This document shows, piece after piece, positions 18,568 through 28,145 of a stretch of 64,000 nucleotides of DNA. Position 1 is the stretch's first letter, and every line of letters starts with the position of its first letter. The notes under the pieces are model-generated. The model was not told where the DNA came from. It was given only the letters and a program-made list of their open reading frames with translations, and searched no databases. A program made the position numbers and the translations under genes. This DNA is from an uncultured Chloroflexia bacterium (GTDB lineage: Bacteria > Chloroflexota > Limnocylindria > Limnocylindrales > CSP1-4): positions 84,799-148,798 of the forward strand of contig CAVYXU010000076.1 of assembly GCA_963772565.1 (NCBI GenBank), read 5' to 3'.

Positions 18568-19788
18568 TCAGGCCGGCAGCACCAGGATGTCCCGCGGGAA
18601 CTTCGTCAGCCGCTCCACCGCACCATGCTCGAGGTCGAGGTGGATGAGGTCCTCGATCCGGATGCCGGTCTCGCCCGCGAGATACACCCCGGGCTCGACG
18701 GAGAACACGGTCGGGCTGGGCAGCGGTACCGCGGCGCCGGTCTGCCGCAGCCCGGGCTCCTCGTGGGTCGCCAGCCCGATCCCGTGTCCGGTGCCGTGGC
18801 CGAAGTGCTCGCCGTGCCCGGCGGCCTCGATGACCCGTCGCGCGGCCGCGTCCGCCTCGCGGCCGGTGATGATGGGGGCGCCGTCGCGGACGACCGCGGC
18901 CACGGACGCGGCGATGGCATCGATCGATGCCTGCTGGGCGCGGGCGACCAGGTCGTACAGCTCGAGGTCACGCGCGGCCGGCTCGCCCACGAACAGGGTT
19001 CGCGTCATGTCGCTCCGGTAGCCGTCCACCTGCGCGCCGAAATCGAACAACAGAACGGCGTTCTCGAGCACCGGGCGATCGCCGGGCGATCCGTGTGGCA
19101 GCGCCGCTTCCGGACCCGCGAGGCAGGCCACGTCGAACGCCAGCGCCTCAGCGCCACCGGTGCGGATGAGCCACTCCAGGCGGAGCGCCAGCGCCTGCTC
19201 TGTGGTGCCCGGTCCGATCTCCGGCAGCAGCGTTGCGAGGGCGCGGTCGGCGACCGCGCAGGCCGCCGCGATCCGCTCGATCTCGTCCGGCGTCTTGACC
19301 GCGCGCATCGCCTCCACCCAGCCGTCGTCCGGCACGAGCTCGACACCGGGGGCGGCCACCGCGAGCTGTTCCCACAGCGCGTGCGAGATGACGTCGGCCT
19401 CGATCGCGACGCGCCGGGCACCGAGCCGTGCCAGCAGGCCCGGCCATGCCTCCGGCAGCTCGTACCCGATCTCGATCACCGTGCTCTCGGGTGCTTCGCG
19501 CCGGCACTGGACGGTGTACCGCGAGTCGGTCACCACGACGACCTCGTCACGGCCCACCAGGAACCGGCCCGAGTGCCCGGCGACCTTGTCTTCGCCACTG
19601 CCGAGGGTGAAGCCGGTGAGCCAGCGCATGTGCTCGGGGCGGAGCCCGAAGTACGCGTCGATGCCGGCGTCGGCCATCCGGGCGCGAAGGGCGGCCAGGC
19701 GACCGGGTCGATGCGCGCGGTCCGCGGCCAGCCAGCGGCGGCGCGTCGCCGCGTCCGGCGGCGGTGCGAAGTCCGCGGCAACCGGCAT
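18568..19788 (-). CDS. pepP: Xaa-Pro aminopeptidase / M24 family metallopeptidase
   Basis: N-terminal creatinase-like domain plus DFGAQVDGYRSDMTRT, HGTGHGIGL.THEEP, FSVEPGVY, GIRIED (the M24 metal ligands). The ATG at 19788 avoids overlap with mltG. Adjacent to efp as in many genomes. Confidence 0.85.
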   Translation of the reverse strand: MPVAADFAPPPDAATRRRWLAADRAHRPGRLAALRARMADAGIDAYFGLRPEHMRWLTGFTLGSGEDKVAGHSGRFLVGRDEVVVVTDSRYTVQCRREAPESTVIEIGYELPEAWPGLLARLGARRVAIEADVISHALWEQLAVAAPGVELVPDDGWVEAMRAVKTPDEIERIAAACAVADRALATLLPEIGPGTTEQALALRLEWLIRTGGAEALAFDVACLAGPEAALPHGSPGDRPVLENAVLLFDFGAQVDGYRSDMTRTLFVGEPAARDLELYDLVARAQQASIDAIAASVAAVVRDGAPIITGREADAAARRVIEAAGHGEHFGHGTGHGIGLATHEEPGLRQTGAAVPLPSPTVFSVEPGVYLAGETGIRIEDLIHLDLEHGAVERLTKFPRDILVLPA

Positions 19789-19804
19789 CACGCCGGAACC
19801 GGGG

Positions 19805-21178
19805 TCACTTGCCGTACTTGGCGACATTCTTGTCGTGCTCCGCCTTGGTCTTGGCAAATGCGCTGGATCCGGAACCGTCGCCCTTCGCGATGAAGAACAG
19901 GTACCCGGCCTTGGTGTCGGGGGTCAGCGCGGCCCTGATCGACTCGATCGCCGGCGAACACAGCGGTCCGGGCGGCAGACCCTTGCTCGTGTACGTGTTG
20001 TATCCGGCGAGGATGTCCGGGAGCTCCTTCGGAAGCTTCTCCTTGAGCGTGTCCCAGAACACGTACTCCTTCCAGGCCGTGAGGTCGAGCTTGTCCAGCT
20101 GGAGCGTGTCGTTGATGTAGAAGATCGTCGGATCCGACTGGAGCAGGCGCGTGGGCCAGCTCTTCGAGCTCAGCCGGTTCTGGTACACACCGGCGATCAG
20201 CGGCCGCTCCTCGTCCAGGACAGCCTCTCGCTCCACGATCGATGCCAGGACGAGGACCTGGTAGAACGTCAGGCCGCGCGCCTCGGGGACGGTCAGGAGG
20301 TCGCCAACCCGGTCATGGAACGCGGTGAGCATCATCCTCACCAGGTCCTCGGCCGTCGTCGGCGCGATCTCGTCGGTGCGCAGCGTGTACGTCGCCGGGT
20401 ACAGGAAGCCCTCGAGCGACGCGTCCTTCGGGCGCACGTTCTCGTCCAGCAGCCACGGGTAGTCAGCCAGCAGCTCGTCGGTGGGGTGCCTGACGAGCTC
20501 GAGAAACGCGGCGGGATCCACGGACGTGCCGGTGAGCGTCTCGAGCTTGGCGGTCATCTGCTCCAGCCGCAGGCCTTCGCGGAAGGTCACCGTCTCGGTC
20601 CTGATGACGATCCGGTTCCGGACCAGTCCCCCGACCACCTGCGCGGGCGTCAGGTTGCCCGCGAGCGCGAAGCTCCCCGCCGTCAGCTGGGGCGTCAGGT
20701 CATCGATCCGCGCCTCGAACAGGAAGGCGCGCTCGCTGGCGATGATGCCCGCCTCGAGCAGCCGGGGCGCCAGCGTGACCGGGGTGTCCCCGGTCTCCAC
20801 GGTGAACACGATCTCGGCCGCATCGGTCCCGGCCGGCGCCGTCAGTGCGGCGCCGATGTCCTCGCGAACCAGGTCCGAGACGAACCCGATCCGCAGCGCC
20901 CCGGGGTTGTCCTCGGCCCACGGCACGATCACGGCGCGGACGAGCGGGCGAGCGACGGTGGCCATGGCGAGCAGCACGAGCGCCGCGAGGATGACCAGGA
21001 ACACCACGAACCGGAGAAGGGCGCCCATCCCGCCGCCGTCGTCGCCGTACCGCTCGTAGCGCCGCTGGTCGCCGGGACCCTGCCCGTAGCGGCCGGTGCG
21101 CACGTACGGGTTGGCGCGCCGCGTGGGCGCGGGGGTCGCCATCGGGTCCCGCGGCTGACGGCCGCCTCGGATGGTCAT
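19805..21178 (-). CDS. mltG: endolytic murein transglycosylase MltG (YceG-like)
   Basis: N-terminal TM helix (LLRFVVFLVILAALVLLAMA), LASIVEREA, YNTYTSKGLPPGPLCSPAIESIRAAL.P, YLFFIAKGDGSG...F. ATGA overlap with ruvX. Confidence 0.9.
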   Translation of the reverse strand: MTIRGGRQPRDPMATPAPTRRANPYVRTGRYGQGPGDQRRYERYGDDGGGMGALLRFVVFLVILAALVLLAMATVARPLVRAVIVPWAEDNPGALRIGFVSDLVREDIGAALTAPAGTDAAEIVFTVETGDTPVTLAPRLLEAGIIASERAFLFEARIDDLTPQLTAGSFALAGNLTPAQVVGGLVRNRIVIRTETVTFREGLRLEQMTAKLETLTGTSVDPAAFLELVRHPTDELLADYPWLLDENVRPKDASLEGFLYPATYTLRTDEIAPTTAEDLVRMMLTAFHDRVGDLLTVPEARGLTFYQVLVLASIVEREAVLDEERPLIAGVYQNRLSSKSWPTRLLQSDPTIFYINDTLQLDKLDLTAWKEYVFWDTLKEKLPKELPDILAGYNTYTSKGLPPGPLCSPAIESIRAALTPDTKAGYLFFIAKGDGSGSSAFAKTKAEHDKNVAKYGK

Positions 21179-21651
21179 CGATTCTCCTGCCGGTCGGCAG
21201 ACGCAGTTCGGCGCGCGTCCAGCTCGTCCTGGAGGATGACGGCTGCGGCCTCCCGATCGATGCGTGCCCGGTGGGCGTTGCGCTGGGTCCGCGACGGCGG
21301 ACCACCCGACCGGCCGCGGGGCATCCGGCCCAGCCGTCGCTCCGCCTCGAACGACGACAGCCGCTCGTCGCGCATCGTGATCGGCAGCCCGAGCCGCGAT
21401 CCGAGGTCCAGGGCCCAGCGCCGGGCGCCGTCGGCCATGGAACCCTCGACGCCGCTGGCCTCGACGGGCAGGCCCACGACGAGCTCGCTGACGTCCTGCT
21501 CGCGACAGACCGTCCCGAGCGCCACGGCGTCAGCGTCCATCGTCCGGGCGCGGTTGACGGTGGCGAGCGGGCGGGCGATGTCGATCCCGATGTCGGCGAT
21601 CGCGAGCCCGATCCGTCGCTCCCCGAGGTCGACGCCGAGGATCCGGCTCAC
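21175..21651 (-). CDS. ruvX: Holliday junction resolvase-like protein RuvX (YqgF)
   Basis: MSRILGVDLGERRIGLAIAD...VVGLP....G......A..W...L......PI...DERLSS. GTG start. Confidence 0.9.
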   Translation of the reverse strand: MSRILGVDLGERRIGLAIADIGIDIARPLATVNRARTMDADAVALGTVCREQDVSELVVGLPVEASGVEGSMADGARRWALDLGSRLGLPITMRDERLSSFEAERRLGRMPRGRSGGPPSRTQRNAHRARIDREAAAVILQDELDARRTASADRQENR

Positions 21652-21718
21652 CGCGCCCGCACGATGGGGACGGCTCGAACGGGGGCCGGGCAGCGAGCGG
21701 GACGCATGGCGACGATCA

Positions 21719-23496
21719 TCACCCCGATGGTACCGGCTCGCCCGACACGGCAGCGTCGGAGGCGTCGGGGACGGATGACGGGCTCTCCGTGGGTGCCTCG
21801 GTCGGGGCCGGCGTCTCGTCCACCGGGGTGGCCACCGTCAACGTCACGCGCTGCTCGAGGGACGGCACACCGGACGCCCAGTCCGGCCAGAGCGTGATCT
21901 CGACGGTCCCGTACGACCGGAGCAGGTCCATCGCCTGGGCCTTGCTCAGGCCCAGCACCTGCCCCTTGAGCGCCGCCGCATCGATGGGCCGAAGCTGCTT
22001 CGCCGATCCCTCGACCGGGAACTTGACGACCCCGCCGACCACCTTCCCCTCGCCGACCGTGACCTGGGTCGAATCGCGGACGAGCTCGTACCCGCTCGTG
22101 ATCGACGACTGGAGGCGCGCCTCGGCGATGGCCTCGACCGGAGACGCGTCGACCGCGAGGACGTGACCGGTCGCGGTCATCGCGATCGTGAACGAGTCGA
22201 CCTCCTTGCCGACGAGCGTCGCGGGATCAACATCGGTGACTGGCGTGCCGAGGGTCGCGGTATCCGCGAACACGGTGGTGCCGTCCGGCGCGCCGGCGCC
22301 GTCCTCGATTGCGGTCGCGAACTTGCTGTCGATGTCCTTGCGCACCTGTTCGACCGCGGCATCGACGTCCGCCTGTGAGACCCGCAGGAACTCCTGGTGC
22401 GTGCCACCGCTCGTCGGGTTTGAGGTTGGTCACGATGATGACGTCGCGGTTGTACTTCGCCGGCATGACCTTGATGGCCCTGCCGCCACATTGCCGTCCG
22501 TCCCGGACTTCGACGCGGTGACGCGACTTCGCTTGATCTGGCAGGTGCACGGGCAGGTTCGGGGAGAGCCGGACGGCGTGGCGATTGGCAGGAGCACCGC
22601 TTCGTCGGTCGTGAACGCGATCCCGCTGGCTGTCTTCACAGAGTGTGCCCTTCGGGATCGTGTAAGGCTTCGTGCGGATCGCAGTTGGTCCAGCGCACGC
22701 CGCCGGTCGCCTTCGTCTCCGCGATCCGCTTGCCGGTGGCCGGGAACTCGCCCGACAATTCGACCGGCACGTCCAGCGAGATCGCCGGGATGACCCCGTT
22801 CCCGGTGTCCACCCCGGATGCCGCCGGGTCGGCGCGCACCGTGAGCGAGATGGGCCCGATGGGCTCGATCCGCGGCGTGATCGTGATCTCCGCGGACGGC
22901 AGGAACACGTAGCCGGCCACGCCGGCGACCAGGAGCGCGACCAGGAGCATGCCGAAGCCCACGAGCGCGGCCGGCCGGATCCGTGGCAAGCGTCGCTCGT
23001 GGATCACCCGTGGCTCGCCCCGGCGGCCACCACCGGGCTCGTCCCGCATCGATGGCGTCGGTGTGTCCGATGTCGTGACGGGCGTCGGCACCGGTGTCGG
23101 GACGGGCACCGGAACGGGCGTCTTGGGGCGGCCCGCGGCACGCGACGAGGTTGGCGGGGTCTGGACGATGCCCGCGGCAGGCGCTTCATCGGTCGCGGGC
23201 GGCTCCGCTTCGGCCGCCGGTGCCGCGAGCGCATCCTCGTACTCCGCGACGGACTCGAACACGGGCAGGCCGGCCGACGCCGCGAGGGCGCGCGCCGAGG
23301 GATCGGGGGCGATGAGGTCGAGGCGCCGGCCGTTGACCATCGCCTCCCGGGCGAGCAGCCGGAAGTTGATCCGGGACGTCGCCAGCCGGGATCCGAACGG
23401 GAGCACCAGCCCGACGCGTGACTCGGGGGCGTTCCGGATGCGCGTCGCCGCGGACGTGATCTCGTCCTCGACGTCGAGATAGACGATGGTCGCCAT
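21719..23496 (-). pseudogene. single-pass membrane protein with baseplate-J-like ectodomain, reading frame broken at least 4 times between about 22416 and 22675
   Basis: Piece A (23496-22636) has an N-terminal domain IVYLDVEDEITSAATRIRNAP...LLAREA, a P/T linker, the TM helix ALVGFGMLLVALLVAGVAGYVFL, and ...ATGGVRWTNCDP. My reconstructed continuation crosses frames: TKPYTIPKGTL / VKTASGIAFTTDEAVLLPIATPSG...VTASKSGTDGNVAAG / AIKVMPAKYNRDVIIVTNLK / PTSGGTHQEFLRVSQADVDAAVEQVRKDIDSKF... and runs to the stop at 21719. The motifs resemble Baseplate_J-like proteins. Confidence 0.6.
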
Positions 23497-23516
23497 GCGA
23501 GCCGGAGCCTACCCCC

Positions 23517-24779
23517 TCAGACCTTCATCGCGCGGAGAACGCGCCGCAGCGCGGCGTCGAGCGGGTCCTCGGAGGTGTGGAGCTCGATCGCCTGGTAGGC
23601 GAGGCCCATCGGGGTGACGTCCTGCTGGTCGACGAGGAGCTCGGTCTCGTCGGTGATGGACTCGACCTGGTCCGGGGACATGATCGACACCTCGGGCGGC
23701 CGCGTGAACGGCAGCCGCTTCCAGAAGCGCTCCGCGGCGATCGCGTCGCGGATCTCGGGCAGCCGCGAACCGCCGCCGCAGACGTGGATCCGGGACGGGA
23801 GCATCTCACCGGCGGCGAGCTCCTCCATCACCAGCTCGACGCCGGCCGCCCAGACGGCCACATCGTCGCCCACGACCTCGGCAACCGCCTCACGCTCTGC
23901 GATGTCAAGCCCGCGGGCGTAGTCCACCTTGAGGTCCTCGGCCCGCGGGAACGGCAGGTCGAGCCGGTCCGCGATCGACTTCGTGAACGCGCGGCCGCCA
24001 AGCGCGAACATCCGGGTGCCCTCGATCCCGCCCTGCCGGACGAGCGCAACGTCGGTGGTCCCGCCGCCGACATCGATGAACAGTGCCCCGGCCTGGCGGA
24101 CCTGCTCCACGCCCAGCACGCGAGCCACCGCGTACGGCTCGGCGACCACCTCGAGCAGCTCGAGATCGAGCTGGCTGGCGACGGACTGGAGCGCGCCGAG
24201 GTGAACCAGCGGGGCGAACGCGTTGAAGATGCCGATCTTGACGTGGCGACCCTGGAACCCGACCGGGTTGGTCAGCCCGTAGCCGTCGATCGAGGCGCCC
24301 ACGATCGCGCTGTGGACCAGGCGCACGTCCACGTGCGGCAGCCCCGTCTCCCAGGTGATCGACCGCTCCGCCTCGTGCAGCGCCTGGCGCTGGACGCTGT
24401 CGATCAGCTTGACCAGCTCGCCGTCGTTGATCGGCTGCTCCGGCTTCCGTCGCTCCTGCGTGAGCGTGGTCGTGAACCCCTTGACCAGCTCCCCCGCGAT
24501 CCCGATGACGACCTGGGTGGGCCGGAAGCCGGCCATCTCCTCGGCTTCCTGGAGCGCGACCGAACAGTTGTCGACGACGGCCGCGATATCGGCGACGGTG
24601 CCCGACTGCATGTGCGACAGGCCCTGCCGCTTGCGACCGACGCCGCGCACCGTGCCGTGTCCGGCATCGTCGATCTCGAACACGAGCGCCTTGGCGAACT
24701 CCGTCCCCACGTCGAGCGCCGTGCACGCGGCGAGCGCCGGCAGCTCGTCGCGGTTCCAGAAGCGACGCAGGAAGGCCAT
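23517..24779 (-). CDS. FtsA-like actin-family ATPase (not in a dcw/ftsQ-ftsZ context)
   Basis: 420 aa with ALDVGTEFAKALVFEI (phosphate-1), SGTVADIAAVVDNCSVALQEAEEMAG, VAEPYAVARVL, LFIDVGGGTTDVALV (phosphate-2), GGRAFTKSIA and VCGGGSRLPEI. The C-terminal stretch LDAALRRVLRAMKV is amphipathic. Its ATG directly abuts the alaS TAG stop. Confidence 0.8.
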   Translation of the reverse strand: MAFLRRFWNRDELPALAACTALDVGTEFAKALVFEIDDAGHGTVRGVGRKRQGLSHMQSGTVADIAAVVDNCSVALQEAEEMAGFRPTQVVIGIAGELVKGFTTTLTQERRKPEQPINDGELVKLIDSVQRQALHEAERSITWETGLPHVDVRLVHSAIVGASIDGYGLTNPVGFQGRHVKIGIFNAFAPLVHLGALQSVASQLDLELLEVVAEPYAVARVLGVEQVRQAGALFIDVGGGTTDVALVRQGGIEGTRMFALGGRAFTKSIADRLDLPFPRAEDLKVDYARGLDIAEREAVAEVVGDDVAVWAAGVELVMEELAAGEMLPSRIHVCGGGSRLPEIRDAIAAERFWKRLPFTRPPEVSIMSPDQVESITDETELLVDQQDVTPMGLAYQAIELHTSEDPLDAALRRVLRAMKV

Positions 24780-27575
24780 CTAGGTGCCCACGCCCGCGGC
24801 GGCGGCTCGCACGGCGGCGATTGCCCCGTCGAGCCCGTCTCGCCGCCTGCCCTTGGCCTGCGCCATCTGCGGTCGTCCCCCACCCCGCCCGTCGATCGCC
24901 GGAGCTGCCGCCTGGACGAGCGCACCGGCCGCCACGCCGCTCGCGACGAGATCGTCGCTGACCGTCACGAACAGCTGCGGCTCGTCGGCATCGAGGCCGA
25001 GCGCGATCACGCCGCTGGGGAACGCACCGCGGATGTCCTTGGCAAAGCCCTTGAGGGCGTCGATCGACTCGAGATCTCCGGTCCAGCCGATGAACCGCAC
25101 TCCTGGCGCGACCTCCTCGGCGCGGGCCGCGAGCTCGGCCGGCTTCGCGCGCCCACCGGCCGCGCCGCCCGCCTTGAGCCGCCGCTTCGCGTCCCGAAGC
25201 TCGTCCTTGAGCGCGTCGATCCGCTCCGCAAGCGCCTCGGGTGTGCGGGCGCCCGCCGCCTCGGCCGCACGCTCGAGGACCGCGAATCGCTCGTCCATCA
25301 GGTGGTCCGCGGCCACACCCGTGACGGCCTCGATCCGGCGCATCCCGGAGCCGATGCTCCGTTCGCCGGTGATCACGAAGCTGCCGATCTGGCCGCTCGC
25401 CCGGCAGTGCGTCCCGCCGCACAGCTCGTGGCTGAAGCCCTCGACCCGGATCGTCCGGACGCGCTCGCCGTACTTCTCGTCGAAGAACGCGTCGGCGCCC
25501 GCGGCGTTGGCCTCGGCCATGGTCATCCACTCGATCGACACCGGGTGATCCTCGCGCACCACGCGCCGGACCTCGGCCTCGATCGTTCGCTTCTCGTCGT
25601 CGGTCAGTGCGCGGTCGAACGGGAAGTCGAAGCGAAGGTAGTCAGGGTGGACCTGCGAGCCGGCCTGGCGCGCCTGCTCGCCGACGGCGTTGCGCAGCGC
25701 CCGGTGGAGCACATGCGTGGCGGTGTGGTTGCGCATGGTGTCGGCGCGGCGGTCGGCGTCAACCTCGGCGCGGACGACCTCGTCCACCCGCACCGACCCG
25801 TGAAGCATCCCGCGATGGACGGTCAGCCCGGCCGTCTGCGAGCCGGCCACGCGCTGGACGTCCTCGACCGTGAACAGGACGCTGCCGTCGGCCGCGCGGA
25901 TCACGCCGGTGTCCGCGACCTGGCCGCCGCTCTCCGCGTAGAACGGGGTCCGGTCCAGGATCAGCTCGGCATGCGCGGACGCCCCGGCGCGCAGCTCGAC
26001 CTCGGGACGCGCCTCCAGCGTCTCGTATTCCGTCTCGTCGCGGAGGATCGCGAGCACGCGACCCTCCGCGGACAGCGTCTCGTAGCCCAGGAACTCGGTG
26101 GGGCCGGTCCGGCCGAGGATGGCCGCGTAGCGGGCGCCCAGCTCCGCGGTCCGGGCCAGCTCCGCCTTGGTCCCGCTCCGGCTCCGCTCGCGCTGCTCGG
26201 CGAGCGCGTCCTCGAACCCGGCCAGGTCCGTCCGCACGCCGTACTCCGCGGCGAGCTCGACCGTCAGGTCGATCGGGAACCCGAACGTGTCGTGGAGCCG
26301 AAACGCGATCGCGCCGGGGAGCACCGGGGCGTCCGCCGGCAGCGCCTCCGCCAGTTGCCCCACGACGCGCTCCGCCGACGTGAGCGGGATCAGCGCCTCC
26401 TCGAGCTGGCCCATGCCGGCCTCGAGGGTTCGCCCGAACTGGCGCTCCTCGCGCTCGATCGCGCCCAGGATCTCCGCGCGGCGCTCCTCGAGGTGCGGAT
26501 ACGCCGCGGACATGGTGTCGATGACCACCTTGGCGGCCTCGCCCAGGAACGGCTCGGTGCGACCCAGCAGGCGCCCGTGGCGAACGGCCCGGCGCAGGAT
26601 CCGCCGCAGGACGTACCCGCGGCCCTCGTTCGACGGGAGGACCCCGTCGGCGACGAGGAATGTCACGGCACGGACATGATCCGCGATGACCTGGTAGCTG
26701 AAGCGCTCCTGCTCGAACCCCTCGGGGTCGTGGCCGATCAGCTCGCGCATCCGGGCGTGGATCGGGGCGAACAGGTCCGTGTCGTAGTTGCTGGACACGC
26801 CCTGCACGACGCTCGCGATCCGCTCCAGCCCAAGCCCGGTATCGACGCCGGGCGCCGGCAGCGGCGTCAGGCTGCGGTCGGGGTGAAGGTCGAACTCCAT
26901 GAACACGAGGTTCCAGACCTCGAGCCAGCGGGGGCATTGCTCGGAGTGATCCGGGACGCACTCGGGGCCCTCGGACAGGTGGGCACCGCGATCGAAGTGG
27001 ATCTCCGAACACGGACCGCTGGGGCCGATGTCGGCCATCCGCCACCAGTTCTTCTCGTCACCTGCCGGGAAGTCGCCCCAGCGGACCAGGCGCTCGGGCG
27101 GCAGACCGATCTCGTCCTTCCAGACGGCGTGGGCGACGTCGTCCGTGGAGTAGACCGTCGCGGCAAGGCGAGCCGCGGGGATTTCAAGGTCGCGGGTGAG
27201 GAACTGCCACGCCCAGTGGATCGCGTCGCGCTTGAAGTAATCGCCGAAGCTCCAGTTGCCGAGCATCTCGAACAGCGTGTGGTGGCGCGGCGTCCGGCCG
27301 ACCTCCTCGAAGTCGTTGTGCTTGCCGGCCACGCGCAGGCAGCGCTGGTAGTCGACCGCCCGGGTGTAGTCGCGCTTCTCGACCCCGGTCAGCGCGTCCT
27401 TGAACTGGACCATGCCGGAGTTGGTGAACAGCAGCGTCTGGTCCCCGCCGGGCACCAGGCTGGCGCTGGGCACCACCGTGTGGCCGCGCTCGGCGAAGAA
27501 CTCGATGAACCGGGCCCGGATCTCGGCGCCGGACAGGTACGGGATCGACGGGTCGGGCGAGGTGGGGCTGGCCAT
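24780..27575 (-). CDS. alaS: alanine--tRNA ligase
   Basis: 931 aa with [67 protein letters not shown], editing-domain HTATHVLH and CGGTHC, and a C-terminal DHHA1 domain. Confidence 0.97.
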   Translation of the reverse strand: [931 protein letters not shown]

Positions 27576-27582
27576 CCCCGCA

Positions 27583-27588
27583 ATGGTA
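27583..27588 (-). promoter_or_regulatory. candidate -10 box TACCAT, 7 nt upstream of the alaS ATG (leaderless-type)
   Basis: Minus strand reads TCGCTACCAT-TGCGGGG-ATG. There is no SD in the spacer. Confidence 0.4.
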
Positions 27589-27631
27589 GCGAACGGGGCG
27601 ACCGTGGCTGCCCCAAACCGGTCGCGACGCG

Positions 27632-27862
27632 CTATCCGTCCTGCGGTTCGCGGGTGCGGCGCCCCAGCAGGGACGTGCCGGCGATCGCCGCACCGACCAG
27701 GCCACCGATCACGAGCCCGCCGAGGAACCTGCGCGAGCGCCGGCTCTCGCCACCGAGGAGCTCGGCGAGATCCGTGATCGCACCGAGCGGGCGAGGGCCG
27801 GCCACGCGAGCGGCGGCGCGGTTCGGCGGCTCCGGCGTCCGGTCGTCGCGGGGATCGGTCAT
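27632..27862 (-). CDS. small hypothetical protein with C-terminal Gly-rich TM helix (76 aa)
   Basis: ATG 1 nt after the stop of the upstream small membrane gene. FLGGLVIGGLVGAAIAGTSLL is a hydrophobic segment. No family recognised. Confidence 0.4.
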   Translation of the reverse strand: MTDPRDDRTPEPPNRAAARVAGPRPLGAITDLAELLGGESRRSRRFLGGLVIGGLVGAAIAGTSLLGRRTREPQDG

Positions 27863-27863
27863 G

Positions 27864-28145
27864 TCAGGGCACCTTCTGTGATTGGGGACCGAGCGTTGCC
27901 ACGATCGCGATGAACCCGATCCCGAGCCAGGCCATGATCGAAGCCGGGATGAGCTCGAAATCGCCGATCGCGAGGATCTCGAGCCCGATCCTGCCGCCGA
28001 TCGCCGCGCCGGCCCAGGCCCCCAGCACGGCGGCCATGAACGTCAGCGGCAGGCGGCCGCCGGCGTCTCCCCGGATGAGCACGTACATCGCCGTGTGGAA
28101 CAGGCCGACCAGGAGCGCCAGCGGCAGCGCGGTGGGGATCGTCAT
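27864..28145 (-). CDS. small hypothetical membrane protein (about 93 aa, 3 TM)
   Basis: The internal ATG at 28145 overlaps the mnmA stop. Sequence [24 protein letters not shown]...[16 protein letters not shown]...[17 protein letters not shown]. The upstream part of the ORF is Arg/Gly junk. Confidence 0.45.
   Translation of the reverse strand: MTIPTALPLALLVGLFHTAMYVLIRGDAGGRLPLTFMAAVLGAWAGAAIGGRIGLEILAIGDFELIPASIMAWLGIGFIAIVATLGPQSQKVP

Noticed and set aside
22340-22690. Programmed ribosomal frameshifting or a diversity-generating retroelement target region
   Set aside because: There are no slippery heptamers at the junctions. The shifts go in both directions. No reverse transcriptase or template repeat is present in the window. 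Similar single-base disruptions hit unrelated genes (hisS, topA, the mobA-like gene).
23577-27881. 1434-aa plus-strand ORF
   Set aside because: It is antisense to the clearly real ftsA-like and alaS genes. Its translation is Arg/Gly/Pro/Asp-rich low-complexity sequence with no motifs. This is a typical shadow ORF of a high-GC genome.
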